A stretch of DNA of 64,000 nucleotides, taken from the NCBI RefSeq assembly GCF_052425735.1, contig NC_135758.1:62001-126000 (forward strand), written 5' to 3'. Below, in pieces: positions 1-10,875 of the stretch. Position numbers and translations under genes: made by a program. Under the pieces are notes generated by a model that ran no database searches, had not been told where the DNA came from, and worked only from the letters and a program-made list of their open reading frames with translations. Every line of letters begins with the position of its first letter. Positions within the stretch are counted from its first letter, which is position 1. The DNA is from Oculina patagonica. Its lineage: Eukaryota.

Positions 1-64
1 CAGACAACAGTCTTGGTTTTCTTTTTATCCAAATCAATCATGTTTTTCCTTATTTTATTTTCAG

Positions 65-3000
65 GATTTGTATCTGTATTTGCAATGTTCTCTTGTGTGG
101 TTTTCAGCTCTATAGTTGCCAATTTATATGGCAGGGACGTTTGGGTTGTAAGGTAAAATGCACTAATTAAAATAAAATGGTTGGAAAAACTATATTATTA
201 TGTTTATATCTGACTTCTTGTCTTTTGGGATTGAATTTTTTCTCAACTTGTATGGGATGTTTCTAACAGTGTAATGAACATACAATGTAGCTAGTTACAT
301 GTATGTTGTGAAACTCCTACAAATGGTATGAAATTCTGGTGAAGGAACAGGCTTTTAGCCAGGATTTAAGGCCTGACTTTGTCCCCATAGAAGGGCCTGA
401 GGAGCATGCAAGGTGTTTCTCTGCAGTTATGAGTGCAAAGGTATCTCAAGATTATCAAATTTTCTATATAAAAAACCCTTGGTATACAGTAATTCATATT
501 CCCTAATTTCCTCTGAAAAGTGGCCGTCCATATAGTACTCCTGGACTCCTACCTTGCTAAACATCTGTGTGGGAATGATCTAGTTACGACTTCTGTTTGG
601 AGAATATTTTTTCCAGGTGGCTTGTGTAACTGACTGAATTAACAAATTTGTTTTTCTACTTTCTGTTTCAGGGAAGCTTTGCCATATTTCTTTCTTCTGA
701 GTGACTTTAATACAGCTAGCTCATTAGTTAAACACACTCTTCAGTCTGCAACATATGTGAGTATACTTCACAGCATTTTACATTAAGACAGACATAATAT
801 TAACAAAGAATTGGTTTCCTTATTTTTCGTTGTTTGTATTGCATAAAAAGCTTGCACCATTTTTTCCTCACTTGATTTACTAATCAATCTTGTGATGTGT
901 TATCAGGATGCAGTTCCTAACAGAATAGCTGAGAGTATAGCATCCCTTGGTCCTACTGTCACTCTTAATACCCTTGTTGGAACCTTGGTTATTGGTATAG
1001 GAACACTTTCAGGTTTGTACATTCTAACTTAGATAAAACAATTATTTGATGTAGAATCCAGTTGTTATCTTTTTACTATCACTGGTTATTATAATTACTT
1101 ATTTGTCCATTTTTTTTGCTGTTGTTTTGCAGGAGTGACAGAGTTGGAGACCATCTGTCAATTTGGATGTTTGTCGCTTATTACTCATTATTTGATCTTC
1201 ATGACCTTCTTTCCGGCCTGTCTGTCATTGTTTCTAGAGGTACCTGACTTGTATGATTCTAAAACTGCTGGAGCGATCTGTGGTCATAGCTTAAAATATA
1301 AAAATGGTTTATTTAAACAGATCTAAAAAATATAAAAAGGATACTCTAAATTTTCGATCGCCTTCTGCGGTCTTCTTCAGAGAATGATGGATTTTGCAAG
1401 GTTCGCAGAATTCTAATAAGTTGCATTGACGTTATTGTTCGTTGCCCCCCCCCAGGGAGCAACTAGCGATGCGTAAACCCTTGGGAAGGGCGCTCTTTCG
1501 TAAATAGTGTTTTTGTCAAGGAAAGAATGTAAAGACTCCAGAAACAGTCTTTTGTTCTTGCTGCTTACACCTGTTTCAAGAATTTCGGCGTAATTTGGAT
1601 GTATGTCGTGGCCGATTTCTGCATGATGTTTAATCGCGGAGTTGATATTTCTGTTTGTTCCGGGCTTGTGTTCGGCTCCTCGTGCTTTCCAGCTTCTTTT
1701 GCTTTCCCCAACGTATGCAAATGAGCATGTCCTGCAAGTCACTTTGTATACAATTCCTTTCAACCGCTCTTTATTTGGTTGGTCCTTGGGCTTTTTGAGG
1801 ATATTTCCTAACGTTCGTACTGGTTTAAACGCTGTCTTGATGTTTTTGCGACTCAAAAATGTATGATTCTGCATATTTATATCTACTCCTATGATGTGAA
1901 TTACATTGTGTGATTTGTGTGGCTATTTTTCAGCCTTCTGTTGTTGTTTCAAGAGGTATAAACTAAATGTTTCTTACAGCACCCACTTGTGGTAATTTTC
2001 AACTGTATGTAATATTTTGCTTTGTTGTAGTTGTGCACAGGAAGAGGGCACAGCAGACCCAGGTGGCAGTTAGAAACCACAGATGTCCCAGTGGATGAAC
2101 TTGAGCCCAACCCTGTGGTACAGGGTGTCAAACTTATCATGGTACTAACAGCTGTTCTTGATTATTAATCTGTTCTGTCCAATGGGCACAATATTAGGAC
2201 AATTTTTTCCTTACATTATCTGAAATTTGATTTTATGAACTTACTGGAACATCGAGACAATATTCCCTAGTCGTCTTTCTGTTCTTATCACTTGTCTGAA
2301 TGATCAAGTTTATTTCTAAGAAAAATGAGTTTTTGGTCAATATTGGGAATCAACAAACTATTAGTCTTGGCATCATTATGGTTACTGTGCTGTCATTAAA
2401 CTTTATTTTTTTAGAAAGTCAACAAAAATTGGCCCAGTGATCAAAGTACATATATATAAAGGAACAGTTGTAATTAAAGTGGGTACATGTGTTGAGATTC
2501 TGAGGAGTAATTTTCTGGCTTTTGACATATTAGTCCACAGGTCTGATGTTTATTCATGCCCACCGATGGTTTATGGTTAAGGCTGACAACTATGAAAATG
2601 CTCCTGACTCCACTGTTGAGGAAAGCTGGTTTAAAAGGTACCGGGAAAAGCAATGTGCATCAGTTACAAAATCAAAGTTACTTTATGAAAATAAAAACTG
2701 TAAAGTGCCATATAAATAATTTTATTATAATTCATGCAGCTACATATATTTCTGTTAGTTTTGATATTCTCGTAACACCCTCAGGCTGAAGAAATGTTCA
2801 TTTGTCGCAAGCATCGGACAAAGACAAGAAAAAGAAAAAATCTTAGTCCCTGACAGGAATCAAACCCATGACCTCCCTGATACTAGTTGTATAGATTTCC
2901 CAATCTCACAAAAACTTTCTTTATTCTTTACAGGTTTTTTGAAGGAAATACTGAACAGGTGAGGTATTTATAGAATAAAGAGTAAAGTGAAGTAATGATT

Positions 3001-6000
3001 GTTTATAAAACAAGGTTAAAAGTCATTTTTCTTATAAATCAGTTGCATGACTGCCTTGTGAAATTTTCTTGCAGATTGTTGTTATAGTGTTTGGTCTTGG
3101 CCTGGCTATAAGATACTTGTTATTGGATAATGAGGACAGAATTTATGATCATGCCGAGCAGAAAGAACACAAAGTGTCCTTTACTGTGGGAGCTGTTGAC
3201 CAAGCTGACGGATCTGAACAAGCTTGCTCAAGCCAAAACACAGATAAACAAGGACCTTCTGCTTTATTATCAGAACTAAAAAATGCAAGTGAAAAAAGCA
3301 TGGCTTCAGAAAAGGTTGCTGGAACAAGCTCTGAACTAAATTGTTTGCCAAGGAAAGAGACAGTTGATGGAGTCTTAAAAAAAGACTCTTTGACTAGTGC
3401 TGTTAATGTGAAAACAAAGGTGTTTGATAGAAGAAGAACAGTGAGTGAAGGCCATTGCCCTGATGACAATCAACCAAGTGATGACAATCTACAGCTCCTA
3501 GGGCTTATACGAGTAGAAAGCAGCCCACCAAGAATGGAACATAAAGAACGGAGTCTAGAAGAGTGCAAGTTGACGCTTAAGCAATCGGTATGTCGTACCT
3601 TGATTTCATGTCTGTTACTACCTGTATACATCTTAAGAGCTTCTCTCTTTCTTGTCACGCACGGCCATTTACCGGTCCTTTTGGACCGGTAGCGCGAAAA
3701 TTCCTAGAAAATTTGCCTTACTTCGTTTTTCTTTCAAATTTGGAGAACAGGAAGCTGATATAATTAGCCAATTACAGAGCAATTTTGAGCCAAGACACTT
3801 GAATGTGCCTTACATGACCAATTTTTCCAAGCTTGACACGTGTTTGTTTAAAAATTCCATCATGGCGGCCGAAGTGGAATGAAGTTAAAACAGCTTTTAA
3901 CAAACTTCAATAAACTATCTATCTATCTATCTATCTATCTAAAACAGCTTTTAAAAGGCGGTGAAGATGTTTTTTGAGGAGGAAGTTGATCCAGAATGTT
4001 TTTCAAGTCTCAAACAAAGTTATTTGGACAGTTAGCTTGAAATTCGAAGCGAAAAATTGAGGTAAATGATCTTTTATTTTGCTTCGCACATGTTTGCGTC
4101 TGTTCGCGATTTAACACATGTTCTGCAAAATGCGATAAAAAGCCGTTCGGATCGCCGTTTTTTATGTTTAGAAACTCGCCTTTATCATAAACAACTTGTC
4201 ATTTGTCGAATTTGGGAATGTAAAGCTCAATTTCTTTGATAATCAGTCGTTTTGAAGGGATTATGCAGTCGTGAATAGCCGCACGTAACTTGAGCTCTGA
4301 TAAGTCATTGCCATGGAAACTGAAATGCGATCCTTCTGTTTACGTAAGGAAAAAAAATAATAATTAATTCCCTGTTTGGAATTTTTTCATCCGGTTTTCG
4401 GGAGCAATTTTGTCTTAGAACACGGAAAATGATTACTTGGACCTTAAAATTTACCCAGTGGAGCGTTTTTGCACTATTTCAGTTTTGCCTTAATTTTGTG
4501 ACTTATTTTTACTGATTTTTTGTGATTCAAAATTTTTTTTGAAACGTTTTAAGTATGCATGAAGGAGTTTATATTTTTCCTAGAAAGCATATTTTGTGCC
4601 CTTTCAAATGAGATATTGGAGATTTTATAGCTGTAAATACTTTTGGAGTTATTAAATAAAACGTGCGACATGGTCAATTTTGTATTATTTTTGTTGTGAC
4701 AACAATGAGTTAAGTCTAAACATTTGTTGCTCTTCATGTATTTCTTCTCAGGATGGAGTGTTTAACTTAAGCGACAAAGAAATACAGATGTTGGTTGAAT
4801 CTAAAACCATTCCTGGGCATCAGCTTGAAAAAGTTTTAAAAGATCCAGCTAGGGCAGTAAAGATTAGGTAATTATAATTATTTCTGGTCTGTGATTAAAA
4901 AAAGAAGCATTCCAATGGGTTTCCTGAGCAGTCTAAATTTTGCAATAGGGACTCCTAAGATGGACTGCTCACAAGTTATAGTTTCTTCTGCTTTGCTTTC
5001 TCAAACACAAAAACCTGTTTTATGTAATATATCAAACATGAGAGACAGTATTAGTGCTTCAGGGCATTTCCCAACACCAAGAAGAAAGTTGAAAATTCAA
5101 AGTGCAGTGGACAGTATATTTGATTAACTTCCAAGTGTCTGAGATATCTTCTCAATCGAAACTTAACAGAAGGATATACACATGTAATTGACAAACAAAA
5201 ACGTAAAAATCAAATATAAAGAACTTAGTTAAATTTTATGCTATTTTTTAGACGCAATGTGGTATCAAAGAAGCTGCCAGGTGCTGTAGATTTGGATGAT
5301 CTACCCTGTGATTACTATGATTACTCTGATGTAAGTTTTGCCATTAGCTTTCATATACCTTTTGTTGTTGATGGTATTTTTTTTAAAATTAGAGATATAA
5401 TTTATTTATGAAATATGTATTTGACCAACTGTCGGCCGGGCTGATTCATGTTTTAGGTTGTGGGAGCTTGTTGTGAAAATGTTATTGGTTACATGCCAGT
5501 CCCTGTGGGTGTCGCTGGACCTCTTTTGCTTAATGGAGAGAACTATCACGTTCCCATGGCAACCACAGAAGGATGTCTTGTAGCAAGCACCAATCGAGGA
5601 TGCAGAGCTCTCATGGTACATTTTTCCGTGATTAATTGTGTACATTGTTTTTTTTTTTAAACGTTCTCTTTTGTGAAGTAATGTAAGCAGAGCAAGTCTT
5701 TCTAGTCAAATGTTATTGAGATACTGTTGTGTGAGCATAGATCTGAAAAATTATAAATCATTGCCCCCTGGGTTTTACGCATGTTTGTAGAAAATGTTTT
5801 TTTTTTTTTTTCAAACTGAGATTTTTACCCAGGAGAGGTGTGCTAATCCCCAAGAATAATGATAGTTTTGGAGCTGCCATAAGGATACAGTGTGTACACT
5901 TACATAGGATTTATTTTTTTTAATGATTCCATTTCCTTGCAGCTGAGTGGAGGTGTAAGAAGCTCTGTGTTTGGTGATGGCATGACACGAGGGCCTGTTG

Positions 6001-9000
6001 TAAGGTTTCCTTCAGCACTACTTGCCAGGTAAATCCTTGATGATAGTTTAACACCATATTTACCTCTGCCAATATATGTACAGAGCTATAAAAGCAATGT
6101 AAGGCATATGCCTTTCAAGATACGGGTCCTGTACGTAATGAGATTTAGTGCTAAAAAGATTAATTCCACCTTAAATGAGGAGGTGAAATTTAAATCTCAA
6201 AGCTAGGATATATGTAAGCTAGTCTCCAGTTTTAATATTTGATTTTACTTGTACTGACAGTGATGTTAAACTGTGGTTAGAAGAGGAGAACAATTTTATG
6301 GAAATCAAACAAGTGTTTGACAGTACGAGCAGGTGGGCGAAGCTACTTTTTAAGTTTAAATAATTTAAATTTTATTTTGAATTCGTATTTCCAAGATGCC
6401 ATCATTGTGACGGTCTAGAAAAAATGCTTACTAAAACATTGGTTGGGACACTTTTGTGCTGATATTTACTATGACTTCATGTGCTAATCCTTTGTAGATT
6501 TGCAAGATTGCAGTCAGTGAAAGGGGTGGTTGCTGGTCGCTTGTTATTCATCAGATTTGTAGCGACAACTGGTGATGCTATGGGCATGAACATGGTGTCA
6601 AAGGTAAATTCTTTCATCCTTACTGATGCAGGAAACAGTGTATTATTAATAAATTTGCTTTTAGTGTATTAATTTTCTGTTTTTGAATATTGTCACGCAG
6701 ACAAGTCATGTGTATGAGAACCATGACATTATTTGGATAAGCCTGCAGAGAATGTTTAGCAAATGAGTAGTACAAGTTATCATTTGTGCAAAATAGTTCA
6801 GTCTCTTTACAAAGGAAGTGGAGGGGGATAGGGGGCAGAGTAGGGGTATGGGAGAAATGAGATTGGAAAGTCTATCAGTTTCTGAAAAAAGGTGGGAAGT
6901 GGGTGGAAAATGCAATTTTTCTGGAGTAGTAGAAAAGACTATGAAAATCAAAAGTGTTTTACAACCATCCCTTTCATTTCCAGGCTCTTAATCCATTCCC
7001 CCATGGGAAAAATAATGACATTTATTTGACTATAGTTTTTTGAGCTGGTGTAGCCAGTGTATAAGTGAGTTACTTAAGGCTGATTCAATTTGTATTTGTG
7101 CCGACAGGGAACAGAGAAAGCACTATCTTGCCTACATGAACACTTCCCTTCAATGGAGGTCTTAAGTTTGAGTGGAAATGTTTGCACAGATAAGAAGGCA
7201 GCAGCGATAAACTGGATTGAAGGCAGAGGGAAGTCTGTAGTGTGTGAGGCTATTGTACCAGGACATGTTGTACAGAAGGTAAATGAATTACTAAGCTTAC
7301 ATATTAAATGTTATTTCATGCTGCGCCTACCAAAGGCCAGTACTACATGTCAGGTATTTGGTATAATGTATATTTGAGAGTTTGAAATAAAATCATGAAA
7401 ACCTATGCTAATTAAGGGTGTTAACCAGTTGCTGGAAAGAAAAGAAAAAAAAACCGGTTGGAAAAACCATTGAATAATGATAAGAATTATATAAAGTTCT
7501 ATATTGAAAAAAGAATTCATCAACAGAAAGTGATAATTACTTATTTTCTCTGTTAGGTTTTGAAGACAACAGTGTGTGCACTTACAGAACTCAATGTCAG
7601 TAAAAATCTTGTTGGTTCTGCCATGGCTGGGGCCATTGGAGGATTTAATGCTCATGCTGCTAACATAGTAACAGCGATATTTATAGCCACAGGCCAGGAC
7701 CCTGCACAGTGTGTATCTAGTGGCAACTGTATCACTTTATTGGAGCCATGTGGACCAACTAAAGAAGACTTGTACATCAGGTAAGAATCAACCAAACCAG
7801 CTGTAAACAAGCACACTTAGCTAGGTTTGATTTCTGCTGCTCAGTTTCCGCCCATCTTTATTTCTTTTTGACAAGAAAAAAATTCGAATGAAGGCAAATT
7901 CCTGGACATAAATTTAGCAAACCTGCAGTTGTTACTCAGAGCAGTTTGTAGCATAAGCTTATATCTGATAGCCAAAGTCAAGCAAATTTTACTGGCTTAT
8001 AACTAACCTTGTCATTGGCTAGTGGAGGGCAAGTTCTACATTTCAACTTCTTTGCACCCTGTATCAGTGCAGGTGGTCAACACAAACATGTATATGATCT
8101 TGTCAGTAAAGATATCTTGCACTTTTCAGAGTGTTTTGACAACTTTGTTTTAATGTCTCAATTTGTTTTCCATCAGCTGTACAATGCCGTCATTGGAGGT
8201 TGGTACAGTAGGAGGGGGAACTGTTCTTGGTCCTCAATCAGCCTGTCTCAAGGTAATGATTTAGTGTTTCCTTTGTGCTCATAATAACACACTTTCTTAA
8301 AGCTATATGAACTGAGCAGTGAACTAAGGGGACTGAAGTTTTAAACGACCTAATATAACATGTAGAAGGTGCATGCACTTACTGAAAACAACAAAGGAGC
8401 TGGTATTTTTCTTGGAGTGGGCCCAAAACATGGCATGTAACAGGGTTCACTGGGGTCACATGTGCTATTATGGTGTGATATATGGACTGGCAAGGGGAAA
8501 CACCGCTTTTATTGTTCAAGAGATTACTTTCAGTGTGAACTCTTCTCAATCAGCGGCTTTGTTTTTATTACCATCAATTATCTGGACAGAAACAGAAATT
8601 TACTTCAACAGGAAGCGAAAACACGATCGTTATTTGGATTTTGAAAAGATCATGTATTATTAAAAGGCTGAGTTGTTTCTGTAGTATCCAACATCTGTTA
8701 GTAACAAAACCATTGGAAGCTTTCACTTGGGCAAATTTCTGCAATGTGTACTGATTTGTCTGTTGAAATGGTCTTGTTGTTTATAGTTTCGTCTTTTCAA
8801 TTTTCAGATGCTTGGTGTTCGTGGGGCTAACAAATCTGAACCAGGCAAGAATTCAACAAAACTCGCACAAATTATATGCAGCACTGTCCTCGCTGGAGAG
8901 TTATCACTGCTATCAGCTCTTGCTTCCGGTGATCTTGTGAAAAGTCACTTAACACTAAATAGGTATTAAAATGTTCTTGTATGTTTACAGTGTGTATGCA

Positions 9001-9303
9001 TGCCCTGCAGGAGATGTGTTCTTATCTGCCATAACATAAGAGTTTGGCAGTAGTTCAATAGAACAATAGTTTCGAATCCTGAGTAACTGTAAGCTTTATT
9101 TTGACTTGAATCGTCTGGGTTTGAGGGGCGTGCTTTGCCTTGAAGAGAAATGTGGATTCTCTTTCACCGCCGTGTCTTTGTAATCAGATTAAGATCACCA
9201 TTTTATGATATTCTAATAAATTTACATTATGTTCTTTTCTTTTACTAGATCAACAGTAAATCTCTTAAAGGAAGATGCCAGCAAAAATTGTGCAGTGTTG
9301 TAG
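65..9303 (+). CDS. HMGCR: 3-hydroxy-3-methylglutaryl-CoA reductase (class I, membrane-bound), 5'-partial, 20 exons in window
   Basis: Exons 65-152, 672-756, 907-1012, 1133-1239, 2031-2141, 2534-2637, 2934-2958, 3075-3587, 4752-4867, 5252-5330, 5457-5615, 5943-6028, 6261-6332, 6498-6603, 7108-7278, 7557-7780, 8177-8252, 8808-8962, 9249-9303 (19 listed; upstream exons lie outside the window), all GT-AG with compatible phases. Membrane-domain motifs [27 protein letters not shown]; catalytic motifs [51 protein letters not shown]. Confidence 0.97.
1343..1385 (-). ncRNA. Minimal type I hammerhead ribozyme motif
   Basis: Minus strand reads ATTCT CTGAAGA A GACCGC AGAAG GCGATC GAAA ATT T AGAGT: core CUGANGA and GAAA, stem II with one mismatch, short palindromic stem III (AATT), stem I ATTCT/AGAGT. 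Confidence 0.65.
1343..1874 (-). mobile_element. Penelope-like retroelement 3' remnant (GIY-YIG endonuclease fragment) in HMGCR intron
   Basis: ORF 1413-1874 has [16 protein letters not shown]....R..EH, SAIKHH and KRLFLES, typical of the PLE GIY-YIG domain; a hammerhead motif follows, as in PLE pseudo-LTRs. Confidence 0.85.
2810..2890 (-). mobile_element. Degenerate tRNA-derived SINE head fragment
   Basis: agtccctgacaggaatcaaacccatgacctcc reads on the minus strand as a decayed box-B-like GGTTTGATTCC followed by tRNA-like sequence. Confidence 0.4.
3645..4709. mobile_element. Non-autonomous DNA transposon, possibly piggyBac-like
   Basis: Imperfect TIR ctctttcttgtcac / gtgacaacaatgag followed by TTAA (4710-4713); CpG-richer interior than flanking intron; left TSD not intact. 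Confidence 0.4.
3916..3940 (+). repeat. (CTAT)n microsatellite between duplicated aaaacagctttta
   Basis: ctatctatctatctatctatct visible directly. Confidence 0.85.
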
Positions 9304-9333
9304 GAAGATCAAGGAAAATTTGCTCTTCAGTGC

Positions 9334-9470
9334 AACCAGGGGATAGGCTTCTTCTTTTCGCCCCATCATCGACTGGAGAGCCTGTTCACAGGCTAACCAG
9401 GGGATAGCCTTCTTCTTTTCGCCCCATCCTCGACTGGAGAGCCTGTTCACAGGCTAACCAGGGAATAGCC
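9334..9470 (+). repeat. 61-bp tandem duplication (about 2.2 copies) in HMGCR 3'UTR
   Basis: Units start at 9334, 9395 and 9456 (aaccaggg...gagagcctgttcacaggct); each ends in a TAGCCTG-type MITE terminus on the minus strand. Confidence 0.85.
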
Positions 9471-10875
9471 AGTGTCGCAGAAGAACTGCAATGACAAGAG
9501 CTTTACATATGGAGCCACTGAGTTAACATTGCCCACACCCTTACTGCTTGTAAGGCCATTACATTCATGCTCCTTTCATTGGATGACAAGCCTACATCTC
9601 ATCGATATTTTAAGGCCTGTTCTTAGTTCTCTTACGACTTTTTCACGTCCATGATCAACCTATTTCAAAACCGAAAACAACTTTCATTTCCACACTATTG
9701 AAGTGAAAACACCAGCACATAAACATATCGTTCAATAGTTTCTATTTAATGATCACACACTAGACTTCATCTACAAAATTAAAAAAGTCGGAAGCTGGCC
9801 CCACCGCTAAAACTAACCAAGCAGAATTACCAGTCCAACTAGGGTTTGGAACCAGGTAAAGTTTCTATGGCAATCGTCTTTTCAGTACCTCAGACCTTGC
9901 TGCACTTCTGTACTTCAAAGACTGAGGCGGATGTTCCTCCAGGACGACCCACGAGCTTTGTTGATAAGATGCATTAACGCATAAAGACAGTTAGTGCTAG
10001 GCAGTGGTGCTCTTCAGCGATCACACACATCAGACGTATATGCTGATAAGTAGAACCGGCCTTGTAATTCATGGTGGTGGGGCTCGGGAAGTGAAGACAA
10101 ATCTCCAAGGCCAGATATTTGTTGTTACATCATCTTGAATGTTTGAATAAGCTTTACATAAATTACTTAATTTAAAAATACAACAAAAAATATAATTTAT
10201 AAATAAACATTCTACGTGTTTTAAAATTACATACATGTCATGACAAAAGATTAAATCATCTGCAGAAATTCTATTTATTAACTATAGTTTTCATTTCTTA
10301 AAATGTACTAGTGATAGTGTATTTTCAAAAGGTTACACAAATTTTATTTCTACAAGTTAGAAAACGTTAAAACTTCAATTAAACCTTTATAGAAAAAATA
10401 CTTCTTGAGTGTTTGTTCTTGAGCTCTGGTTCTCCACTTAATTTACAGCTCCTTCAGCACTGAAAAAGCAGTGTACCGCCACAAATAGTTAAACCCTGCA
10501 TCCAGATTTACAAGCATTTCAAGTTTTCTAACAACATCCAAACCGTTGAAAACGTGTTGTCTGTTGCTTGAATAAAAGCGGGAAAGTTTTCTCTGATAGT
10601 CAAAGAAACAAAAGTTTGCGGGAACTGAAATCGTCAACACTATTGAACGGTTTGTTTTCTACAACATGTTTCTTCTGTTTCTGTATAACTTCATCCTTTT
10701 TTTTATTTTCAATACAAAAGTGAATAGTTATTAACCGATCAGCCAAGCAAGGCTTTGAACCAGTGAGAGCTGTGCTTTCAGTCCAACACTTTGCAGTGTC
10801 TTTGTTCTCGCACTTTCCTTGTGTTTGTAAGAAACGTCCTCTCTTGTCCAGTCCTGATTTTCACAACAGTCAAAC

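Noticed and set aside
9880-9985. Alternative HMGCR last exon after tcttttcag
   Set aside because: Direct splicing would destroy the conserved NRS motif; the exon at 9249 fits far better.
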